NCBI GenBank assembly: GCA_045648085.1
Contig: JAZRNF010000084.1
Span: 489 to 64,488 of the forward strand
Source: Christensenellaceae bacterium
Lineage (GTDB): Bacteria; Bacillota; Clostridia; Christensenellales; Borkfalkiaceae
Length of the DNA stretch: 64,000 nucleotides
Direction: 5' to 3'
Numbering within the stretch: position 1 is the first letter of the stretch; each line of letters starts with the position of its first letter. The notes under the pieces were generated by a model that was not told where the DNA came from, did not search any database, and saw nothing but the letters and a program-made list of their open reading frames with translations. The position numbers and the translations under genes are program-made. This document shows positions 16,916 through 25,149 of this stretch, in pieces.

Positions 16916-19900
16916 ATGAAAAAATCTTTTCTAATAAAAATTTTAACTATTGCGTTTTTGGCGTGTTCTACGCTATTTATGCTTACCGCGTGCACAGGGC
17001 CGACTAACAATGATGAAACCCCATCTTCGCACGAGCACGTTTATGAGAATTTAAGGGGAAACGAAGGCGAGCATTGGTATGAGTGTAAGTGTGGTGAAAA
17101 GTCGGAATTACAACCGCACAATACTGAAAAAATGGACTACAATGAAGATTCGCATTGGTTTATTTGTGAGTGCGGATTAAAGGTAAAACAAGAAGAGCAC
17201 CTTTATAACATTGTGTTTAATGAAGAAGAGCATTGGTATGAGTGCTATTGTGGCGGAACTTTTAAACATGGCGAGCATTATTCAGAAGCACCTGCAAACG
17301 AAAAGGAAGACGAAATTTGTGCAGAGTGTAAATTCGTTATGTCTCAAAAAACCGAGCACGTTCACGCTAACAATTTAACTTTAATAGAAGAAAAAGATGC
17401 TAGTTGTGAAGAGGCGGGTAATATAGAGTATTACCTTTGTTCTTGTGGTAGGCTATTTAAAGATGAAAATGCAATTAATGAATTTAACGACGATAGTGAA
17501 GTTATTATAGAAAAAACCGAGCATAATTTTACCTTACAATATCATGATTGGATACATTGGTACGAGTGCGATTGTGGCGAAACTGAAAGAGAAGAAAATC
17601 ACGTCCCAGGTGCTCCCGCAACTGAAACTACTCCGCAAAAATGTACTGTTTGCGACTATATTTATGAGCAAGCATTAGGTCATATACATACCTTACATTT
17701 AACAAAGGTAGACCCAACTGCTTCTACTTGTTCTACACAAGGTAATATTGAGTATTATGCGTGCAGTTGTGGTAAGTGGTTTACGACAAATACTGCAACC
17801 ACTGAAATTACAAACAAGGAAAGTGTATTATTACCTTTAACCGAACACGACCATTTTATGCTTTACGACAATAAATATTATCATTGGTACGAGTGTCGTT
17901 GTGGTGATAAAACTGCAAGCGAAGCCCACTACGGTGGTACTGCAACTTGTCGTGAACCTGCATATTGTATAATTTGTGGTTGGGATTACGGCACTGTTGG
18001 CGACCATAGTCCTAGCACTAATTGGACTACGACGGATAGCGTGCATTATAAAATTTGTACGACTGGCGGTTGTAATGAAAAGTTAGATTATAGTGCGCAT
18101 AATTATAACGCTGATAAAGAGTGTACGGTGTGCGGATACGTGACGACTGCGCTTTTAGGTACTGAAATTGCAAGTTTTGTATTTGAAATAAACGGAAACA
18201 ATCTTTATGCAAAAGTTCCAAACAATTACTTAGAGTTTGACTTTGGCAATGATATACAAGTTGCTGAAGGTGCAACCTTTAAATTGTTCAACGCTCAAAA
18301 CAATCAAATAAACAATAAATTGGGCGAACTTGAAGTTGGAGATAATATCTTTTATATTACTGTAAGTACGCAAGAGCATATAACTAAAACTTACACAGTC
18401 ACAGTTCGTAGAAAACCTATGTACACTATCACTTTTGATAGTGACGGTGGTAATAGTGTAGAAAGCCAAAGAGTTGAAGAAGACGGTTATGTTTTAGCCC
18501 CAAACGTATCAATGCAGAAAGAAGGGTATACTTTTATTTCGTGGAATTACGACTTTAATAATCCTATTGTAAAAGATACTACAATACTTGCTAATTGGAA
18601 TATAAATAGTTATACCTTAACTATCATTTACGGCAACGGTAGAGATAATTTAGTTATAACTCAAGAATACAACTCTCAAATTGAAAGTATTTTAGCCCCA
18701 ACTTGTGACGGGTATACTTTTAAAGGTTGGAGCGATAGCATTCCTAGCATAATGCCAAGTAGAGATTTAACTATAACGGCTATTTGGGATGCAAACGAAT
18801 ATATTTTAACTATCGTTTACGATAATGGTCAAGACAACTTAGTTTTATCTATAAAATATAATTCTTCTATACCTTATATTGATGCTCCACAAAAAGAAGG
18901 ACACTTGTTTATTGGTTGGAGCGAACAAATTCCTTCTACAATGCCGGCTTATGACTTAACTATTACTGCAAGGTGGCAAGTTAAAACTTATAAGATAACG
19001 GTTAAATTTAACAATGGTCAAGAAGACTTGATTATTGAGCAACCATACAATACGGAAATTACTCAATCTTTACCAGTTTTAGAAGATAATAGACCGGGGT
19101 ACGGCTTTACTGGTTGGAGCCAAGATATGCCTACTCATATGCCTGGCGAAAACATAACTATAAAGGCTCTTTGGAACGCGATATATATTTACAGTACTAC
19201 AGGTTGGATAAATGGTTTAACTGAATACGGTAAAACATTAACTGAACTTGTGGTTCCTGCAAAAATAGACGATACTACAATTACTATTTTAAGAAGTGCG
19301 TTTAGTAATGCTTATTTACTTACAAGTATTAAGTTGCCTAATACTATAACTTCAATAGAGGGTTATACTTTTTCAGAAACTTCTATAACTACCTTAGAAA
19401 TTCCAACTTCAGTCACAAATATAGGTAGTTATGCGTTTTATAATTGTCGTTCTCTTACAAGCCTTGATATACCTAATACCGTGACAAGTATAGGTACTAG
19501 TGCGTTTATGAACTGTACGGCACTTGTAAGCGTTAAATTACCAAGTAATTTAAGTAAACTTGAAAGTAGTTTATTTAGCGGTTGTTTATCTCTTGAAGAA
19601 GTAAGTATTCCTAGCAAAGTAGAAAGTATATCTGCGTTTGCATTTAAAAATTGTGATTCGCTTATGAGCATTGTAATTCCTAATAGCGTTAAAAGCATAG
19701 GCTACGAGGCGTTTAAAAGTTGTGATTCGTTAACTAATATTTACGTACCTGCTACGGTAAGCACGATAGAAAAAGATGCTTTTAAAGAATGCCCTATAGT
19801 GGTGGCTAATATCCCTTCAATGAATATTAATTATTGGATGGATGCTGGTTATTTAGAAAAGGTAATTATAAATTCAGGTACTGAAATTGGCGATTATTCG

Positions 19901-22900
19901 TTTAACGGTGCTAAAATAACTAGTATTGAATTGCCATTTAACACAACTAAAATAGGTGCTTATGCGTTTAGCGGTTGCACTTTACTTACTAGCATAGAAA
20001 TACCAAATACTGTTACTAGTATTGGCGACTACGCTTTTGGCAGTGTTGACTCAGTTAAATCAATAGAAATTCCAAGTAGTGTAGAAAGTTTAGGTATTGG
20101 CGTATTTACTTATAGCGACAATTTAGAAGAAATTGTTTTTGCAGACGGTTGTTCATTTGAAAGTTTAGGTAAATCTATTTTTTACAGTTGTCAATCTTTA
20201 AAAAGGGTGTTAAATATACCGTCAACGGTATTAGAATTTGGCGATAGTGCTTTCTATGAATGTATAGAGTTAGAAATAGTGACCTTTGCTGAAAACAGTC
20301 AACTTCAAACGATAGGACGTTCGGCTTTCCATCAATGTTATAATTTATCAGGCTTAGAACTTCCTTCAACTATTACGGCTATTGGCGAAAACGCTTTCTA
20401 CAGTTGTCGTAAATTAACTAATCTTAATATTACTGAAGATACTTTACTTGAAAGCATAGGTAATTACGCATTTTATGATTGCGAAAAATTAAACGAATTT
20501 GCTTTACCAACTAAATTAATAAGTATTGGCAAATACGCATTCTATGATTGTGATTTATTTACAACGATAGTAATACCTTCTGCGACTGAAAGTATAGGAA
20601 ACGACGTATTTTCTGAATGTACGTCACTTGTTGTTATTTATTGTGAAACTGAAAACAAACCTAGCGGTTGGGTTAATAATTGGAATAATAATCACCTAGT
20701 AGTTTGGAACTATAAAAATAACGACGTTGACGTTAATGGTAATATTATACTTGAACAAGATGGTGTATTCTATGCTTTAAAAGACGGTATTGCCGAGGTT
20801 ATAGGTCAAAAACAAAAAATTACTACGGTTAATATATGTAAGACTATAACTTATAACAACGAAGAATATACTGTGACTAGAATAGGTGCTTATGCATTCC
20901 GATATTCTTTACTTGAAAGCGTAGTAATACCTTCTACAATAACGTATATAGCAAGTGATGCTTTCTATGACTCTAACCTTTTAGAAGAAGTAATTTTTGA
21001 AGAAGGCTCTACTCTTGAAACTATGTCAAGTTATGCTTTCGCATACTGCGAAAAATTGACTAAGATAGAATTGCCAAGTACTTTAAAATACTTAAATGAT
21101 AGTTGGTTTGTTAATTGTACTAAACTTATAGAGATAATAAATCACTCGCCTAATTTCAATATTAAAAAGGGCGAAGGCATTGCAACTTATGCAATATACG
21201 TAGTAAATAGTAGTGAAGAGTACGTTAATAAAATAACTACTGACTCAAACGGATTTAAGATTTTTGAGGACGGTAATGACAAAATTTTAGTAGATTATAT
21301 TGGCACGGCAACTAACGTTGTTATACCAAACGGAATTACTAAAATATCAAATGCTTTTGTTAATAACAGTACTATAACTAGCGTAGTTATACCTAATACT
21401 GTCACTCAAATACTTGATATGGCGTTTAACGGTTGTATATCACTTGTAAGCGTAAATATACCAAACAGCGTCACTACGATAGGAAGTTATGCTTTTGCCG
21501 GTTGTGTGGCTCTTGAAAGTATTGTTATACCAAATACTATCACTACTATTGGAAATAACGCATTTGCAAGTTGCGAGGCGCTTATTAGCGTAAACTTACC
21601 TAATAGCGTTATAAGTTTAGGCACGTCAGTATTTAGTGGCTGTACGGCACTTACTAGCGTCAATATTCCTACAAGCATTAAGAATATACCTAACTCTACG
21701 TTTAACGGTTGTAGCGCATTAGAAAGCATTACAATTCCAAATTATGTAGAAAGTATAGGCGAATACGCTTTCTATAGTTGTAATAACTTAACGACTATTA
21801 TAATTGAAAGATATAGCCAACTTAAAACCATAGGAAACTATGCTTTTGCATATTGTAAATTAACAAGTATTGAAACACCTGCAAGTCTTACAACTATTGG
21901 AGAAAGGGCGTTCTACTACTGCTCTTCATTAGAATATATTTCTATTGAGAATAATGGTAGCCTTGAAAGTATTGGTTCTAATGCATTTATTTACTGTACT
22001 AAGTTATTAAATATTACAATTCCTAATACGGTAAAAACGATAGGTAGTGGAGCGTTTAGCCAATGTAGTTTATTAACTATATTCTGCGAAGCAAAATCTA
22101 AGCCAGATGGCTTTAATAGCAATTGGAATAGTTCTAACTGCCTTGTAGTATGGGACTCACTTGATACTAGAGTTTTAGAAGATGGTTCAATCTACGCAAC
22201 TATAAACGGTATTAGATATAGTTTAAAAGACGATAAGGCAACCGTATTAAGACAATTAGGAGATTTAAGAACTGTCAACTTACCAAGTAGCGTTTCTTAT
22301 AATGGCAAGGAGTACGTCGTTTCATATATCGCGGAAAGTGCGTTTGCAGGGTTTGAAAATTTAACTAGCGTTGTTATTCCTTCTACCGTTATAGGTGTAG
22401 GTGGATATGCTTTCTACGGCTCGTATGCAGTCACTATTTATTGTCATTCTAATACTCAACCAAGCGGTTGGAATTCAAATTGGAATACTATTGACCATAA
22501 TTATAGTGCTTTACCAGTTGTTTGGAACGCAACTTATAACGACGTTGCTAGCGACGGTTATATCTATATTACAGTTAACGGCATAAGGTACGGCTTAAAA
22601 GACGGAAAAGCAAAAGTTGCAAGGCAAGTAAAATACTTAACAAGCGTTAATATCCCTGCAACGGTAAGTTATAAGGGTAATACGTATGACGTGACTGTTG
22701 TTGATAGATATGCTTTTGAATATTCGCCACTTTTAACTACCGTCACATTTGATAAAGATAGTAAAGTTGAATTGTTTGACTTTAGGGCTTTCTTCGGTTG
22801 CGATGCGTTAACTAGCATTACTCTTCCAAATTCTTTAGTGGAAATTTCTAACGAATCGATTAGGCTTTGTGAATCATTAAAAGAGATTGTAATTCCAAAG

Positions 22901-23038
22901 AGCGTTAAAACTATACACGTAGGCGCTTTTGTAATAGAAAACGGTTTGACTTTCTATTGTGAAAGAAAAGGCGTAACGATAGGTTGGATGTCTGGTTGGA
23001 GTGACGGCTGTATAGTTATTTGGGACTATAAAGGTTAA
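16916..23038 (+). CDS. Giant (2040 aa) surface lipoprotein. Order of parts: lipobox, Cys/His-rich module array, cadherin-like beta-sandwich, four Listeria-Bacteroides (Flg_new) repeats, four blocks of BspA-type LRR_5 repeats
   Basis: Signal peptide with LTAC lipobox (Cys26). YTITFDSDGG...GYTFISW-type repeats. Dozens of IP.SVTSIG..AF..C.SLTSI units. Confidence 0.85.
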   Translation: MKKSFLIKILTIAFLACSTLFMLTACTGPTNNDETPSSHEHVYENLRGNEGEHWYECKCGEKSELQPHNTEKMDYNEDSHWFICECGLKVKQEEHLYNIVFNEEEHWYECYCGGTFKHGEHYSEAPANEKEDEICAECKFVMSQKTEHVHANNLTLIEEKDASCEEAGNIEYYLCSCGRLFKDENAINEFNDDSEVIIEKTEHNFTLQYHDWIHWYECDCGETEREENHVPGAPATETTPQKCTVCDYIYEQALGHIHTLHLTKVDPTASTCSTQGNIEYYACSCGKWFTTNTATTEITNKESVLLPLTEHDHFMLYDNKYYHWYECRCGDKTASEAHYGGTATCREPAYCIICGWDYGTVGDHSPSTNWTTTDSVHYKICTTGGCNEKLDYSAHNYNADKECTVCGYVTTALLGTEIASFVFEINGNNLYAKVPNNYLEFDFGNDIQVAEGATFKLFNAQNNQINNKLGELEVGDNIFYITVSTQEHITKTYTVTVRRKPMYTITFDSDGGNSVESQRVEEDGYVLAPNVSMQKEGYTFISWNYDFNNPIVKDTTILANWNINSYTLTIIYGNGRDNLVITQEYNSQIESILAPTCDGYTFKGWSDSIPSIMPSRDLTITAIWDANEYILTIVYDNGQDNLVLSIKYNSSIPYIDAPQKEGHLFIGWSEQIPSTMPAYDLTITARWQVKTYKITVKFNNGQEDLIIEQPYNTEITQSLPVLEDNRPGYGFTGWSQDMPTHMPGENITIKALWNAIYIYSTTGWINGLTEYGKTLTELVVPAKIDDTTITILRSAFSNAYLLTSIKLPNTITSIEGYTFSETSITTLEIPTSVTNIGSYAFYNCRSLTSLDIPNTVTSIGTSAFMNCTALVSVKLPSNLSKLESSLFSGCLSLEEVSIPSKVESISAFAFKNCDSLMSIVIPNSVKSIGYEAFKSCDSLTNIYVPATVSTIEKDAFKECPIVVANIPSMNINYWMDAGYLEKVIINSGTEIGDYSFNGAKITSIELPFNTTKIGAYAFSGCTLLTSIEIPNTVTSIGDYAFGSVDSVKSIEIPSSVESLGIGVFTYSDNLEEIVFADGCSFESLGKSIFYSCQSLKRVLNIPSTVLEFGDSAFYECIELEIVTFAENSQLQTIGRSAFHQCYNLSGLELPSTITAIGENAFYSCRKLTNLNITEDTLLESIGNYAFYDCEKLNEFALPTKLISIGKYAFYDCDLFTTIVIPSATESIGNDVFSECTSLVVIYCETENKPSGWVNNWNNNHLVVWNYKNNDVDVNGNIILEQDGVFYALKDGIAEVIGQKQKITTVNICKTITYNNEEYTVTRIGAYAFRYSLLESVVIPSTITYIASDAFYDSNLLEEVIFEEGSTLETMSSYAFAYCEKLTKIELPSTLKYLNDSWFVNCTKLIEIINHSPNFNIKKGEGIATYAIYVVNSSEEYVNKITTDSNGFKIFEDGNDKILVDYIGTATNVVIPNGITKISNAFVNNSTITSVVIPNTVTQILDMAFNGCISLVSVNIPNSVTTIGSYAFAGCVALESIVIPNTITTIGNNAFASCEALISVNLPNSVISLGTSVFSGCTALTSVNIPTSIKNIPNSTFNGCSALESITIPNYVESIGEYAFYSCNNLTTIIIERYSQLKTIGNYAFAYCKLTSIETPASLTTIGERAFYYCSSLEYISIENNGSLESIGSNAFIYCTKLLNITIPNTVKTIGSGAFSQCSLLTIFCEAKSKPDGFNSNWNSSNCLVVWDSLDTRVLEDGSIYATINGIRYSLKDDKATVLRQLGDLRTVNLPSSVSYNGKEYVVSYIAESAFAGFENLTSVVIPSTVIGVGGYAFYGSYAVTIYCHSNTQPSGWNSNWNTIDHNYSALPVVWNATYNDVASDGYIYITVNGIRYGLKDGKAKVARQVKYLTSVNIPATVSYKGNTYDVTVVDRYAFEYSPLLTTVTFDKDSKVELFDFRAFFGCDALTSITLPNSLVEISNESIRLCESLKEIVIPKSVKTIHVGAFVIENGLTFYCERKGVTIGWMSGWSDGCIVIWDYKG
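17030..18139 (+). repeat. Protein-level array of about 12 Cys/His-rich modules (H..HW[YF]ECxCG..H alternating with H..CxxC)
   Basis: Examples: EHWYECKCG, SHWFICECG, EHWYECYCG, IHWYECDCG, YHWYECRCG; ICAEC, CTVCDY, CIICGW, CTVCGY; GNIEYYLCSCG and GNIEYYACSCG. Confidence 0.8.
18422..19174 (+). repeat. Four tandem Listeria-Bacteroides (Flg_new/InlB B-repeat-like) repeats
   Basis: YT(I/L)T..(Y/F)..G......Y......P..(E/D)G(Y/H).F.GWS...P..MP..(D/N)(L/I)TI.A.W, repeated four times. Confidence 0.8.
19238..23020 (+). repeat. BspA-type leucine-rich repeat (LRR_5) region, organised in four blocks
   Basis: Units of about 23 aa (IPNSVTSIG.YAF..C.SLTSI). The blocks are separated by conserved cap motifs of the form YCE..KP.GW..NW....VVW. 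Confidence 0.8.
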
Positions 23039-23051
23039 TTTTGTAAAACTA

Positions 23052-23084
23052 AAAGCGTAGCGAATTTTCGCTACGCTTTTAAAA
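23052..23084. terminator. Bidirectional terminator between the giant gene and the convergent oxidoreductase gene
   Basis: Stem agcgtagcga / tcgctacgct flanked by A- and T-runs. Confidence 0.75.
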
Positions 23085-23095
23085 TTAAGTTTTAA

Positions 23096-24115
23096 TTATT
23101 TAATATATACGTCTTTATCTTCTCTTGACGAGTCATAAATTGCTAAAATAGTCTTAACAGAGTCAACTGCTTCTTCAAGAGTGTAGAATAATTTAGAGCC
23201 TGTTTTAATTGCCTTAATAACGTCGGCATATTGAATAGCGTGTTCTTTGTGTGAAATGTTAGTTGGGTTATTTGACGAGTTTGACCTTTCGCCTGCTCTT
23301 GAAATATTAAGTTCAGGCATATCTGGTATATTTAAGTAAACAATTTCGCTTTCAACAAGTACCATACTACCTTTATCGCCATAGAAATCCATACGCCTTG
23401 GATAACCGGGGTAAACTGAAGTTGTGCCTTGAATAGTACCGATAGCACCTTTTTTAAATTTAACCCTAGCAACTGCTGTATCTTCAACTTCTATATCGTG
23501 AACGAAAGTTCCTACTTTTGCGTTAACGTACTCAATATCACCGCCTAAAAATCTAACAAGGTCAATGCCGTGAATACCTTGATTCATAAGTGCACCGCCA
23601 CCATCCATAGCGAAAGTGCCACGCCAAGAGTTAGCGTAATATTGTTTGCTACGGTGATATTTCATATCAAGGTTGCAAAGGAAGATATTTCCAAGTATTC
23701 CGCTATCTAAAATTTCTTTTGCTTTTAAAATGCCGTCAGCATAATGGAATTGTGAAACGCCTGCGCAAACTTTATTGTTTTCTTTTGCTGCTTTTAAAAG
23801 TTTTTCACAACCTTCGTAGGTGATAGCAACAGGTTTTTCAATTAAAACGTTTTTACCGTGCTCAAGTAATGATACTGCAAAGTCAACGTGGAGTCCGCTA
23901 GGTGTACAAATTGCAACTAAGTCTACGTCAGATTCAAGTAAGTCTTCATACTTTTCGTAAGCAACAATGCCGTGTTTTTCAGCAAAGTCTTTACTTCTTT
24001 CTAAGGCTTTATCATAAACACCAACAAGTACGCCGTCATCAAGTTCGCTTATTGCTTTTGCGTGGAAATCTGAAATCATACCACAACCGATAAGTGCTAT
24101 TTTAATTTTATCCAT
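23096..24115 (-). CDS. Gfo/Idh/MocA-family NAD(P)-dependent oxidoreductase
   Basis: Rossmann N-terminus KIALIGCGMIS, the EKP motif (LIEKPVA) and a C-terminal alpha/beta domain. Confidence 0.85.
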   Translation of the reverse strand: MDKIKIALIGCGMISDFHAKAISELDDGVLVGVYDKALERSKDFAEKHGIVAYEKYEDLLESDVDLVAICTPSGLHVDFAVSLLEHGKNVLIEKPVAITYEGCEKLLKAAKENNKVCAGVSQFHYADGILKAKEILDSGILGNIFLCNLDMKYHRSKQYYANSWRGTFAMDGGGALMNQGIHGIDLVRFLGGDIEYVNAKVGTFVHDIEVEDTAVARVKFKKGAIGTIQGTTSVYPGYPRRMDFYGDKGSMVLVESEIVYLNIPDMPELNISRAGERSNSSNNPTNISHKEHAIQYADVIKAIKTGSKLFYTLEEAVDSVKTILAIYDSSREDKDVYIK

Positions 24116-24250
24116 ATAAATATCTCCAACATAATAATTATATTTGATATTAATATAAAGTAAAAAATATAAAAAGTAAATATCGTTTTCTTGACATTTG
24201 TTTGCGTTTTCTGTACAATGTTATATAATAACTACAAGGAGCGAAAGAAT

Positions 24251-25060
24251 ATGACGATTAGTTCGTTAAGCCAAATGGAGTACGAATTTGATGATTTTTA
24301 TATTGCCCATAGGTTCAATATATTTAATAAAAAAGACGTACTTTCAAAACATATTCACGATTGCTACGAAGTAATATTCGTTAAAAAAGGCGAATTTAAA
24401 TATTTTTTTGAAGACACTTCATTAACAGTCACTGACGGCGACTTGCTTATAACTCCACCACACATATACCACTATTTTGAAGCGACTAACACGTCAAGGT
24501 GTGAAAGGTACGTATTGCTAGTTAGGGGCGAAAGTTTGCAAAATTTAATAACGGTTAATAAACCTAGTAAAATAAATATATTAAATAATGATATATTACG
24601 TTCTATATATAATAGGTTTGACTATTACAGTTCTAACTTTAAAAAGGAGCAAATACAAATTAACGTTAAAAGTTTAATTGGCTTTTTGGTAAACGAACTA
24701 ATAATAAACCTTTCATTAGTTGACGAGTTTGATAACGACAACGTAAATTTTTCAACTCCAATATTATCTTCAATAGTAAAGTATATAAACGAAAATTTAC
24801 ATACAATACCAACTACTAGCGTAGTTATAGAAAAGTTTAATATCTCTGAAAGTTATTTGCATAAACTTTTTAAAAAATATTTAAAAATTACTCCTAAGCA
24901 TTATTTGGTACTTAAAAAAATGTCGCTAGCAAAAAAACTTATAAACGACGGGGTGGCTTTAACTGAAGTTTCTAGACAATGTGGTTTTTCAAGTTATACG
25001 GCGTTTTATAGAACGTTTATAAATTATTACAAAGTCAACCCTGCAAAAATGGTTGAGTAA
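24251..25060 (+). CDS. AraC-family transcriptional regulator
   Basis: Cupin N-terminus plus a C-terminal double HTH (VIEKFNISESYLHKLFKK ... GFSSYTAFYRTF). SD aaggag precedes ATG 24251, so the ORF-track TTG at 24191 is probably over-extended. Confidence 0.85.
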   Translation: MTISSLSQMEYEFDDFYIAHRFNIFNKKDVLSKHIHDCYEVIFVKKGEFKYFFEDTSLTVTDGDLLITPPHIYHYFEATNTSRCERYVLLVRGESLQNLITVNKPSKINILNNDILRSIYNRFDYYSSNFKKEQIQINVKSLIGFLVNELIINLSLVDEFDNDNVNFSTPILSSIVKYINENLHTIPTTSVVIEKFNISESYLHKLFKKYLKITPKHYLVLKKMSLAKKLINDGVALTEVSRQCGFSSYTAFYRTFINYYKVNPAKMVE

Positions 25061-25101
25061 AAGAAAAATACTTTTAGTTGAGTAAAAGAAAAATGCTTTT
25101 A
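25052..25101 (+). repeat. 25-bp tandem direct repeat (2 copies, 1 mismatch) spanning the AraC stop codon
   Basis: gttgagtaaaagaaaaatactttta (25052-25076) and gttgagtaaaagaaaaatgctttta (25077-25101). Confidence 0.9.
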
Positions 25102-25105
25102 TTAG

Positions 25106-25134
25106 TTTACTAATAATGTTTTACGTGTTAAAAT
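25106..25134 (+). promoter_or_regulatory. Candidate promoter of the GH36-like gene (TTTACT, 17 nt, TGtTAAAAT)
   Basis: -35 at 25106-25111 and extended -10 at 25126-25134, directly downstream of the tandem repeat. Confidence 0.45.
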
Positions 25135-25149
25135 AATAAAGAGGTGCTT

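Noticed and set aside
17837-21729. Several 60-90 aa ORFs antisense to the giant lipoprotein gene (for example 17837-18046, 18027-18275, 19438-19698, 21487-21729).
   Set aside because: They lie wholly inside a strongly supported 6.1-kb ORF. They have no SD or promoter signals, and their translations are low-complexity. They look like by-products of the repetitive, AT-rich codon usage.
19238-23020. Regular repeat periodicity of about 69 nt that could superficially resemble a CRISPR or other tandem repeat array.
   Set aside because: The periodicity is at the protein level (LRR_5 units) inside one continuous ORF. The DNA copies are diverged and there is no conserved direct repeat with unique spacers.
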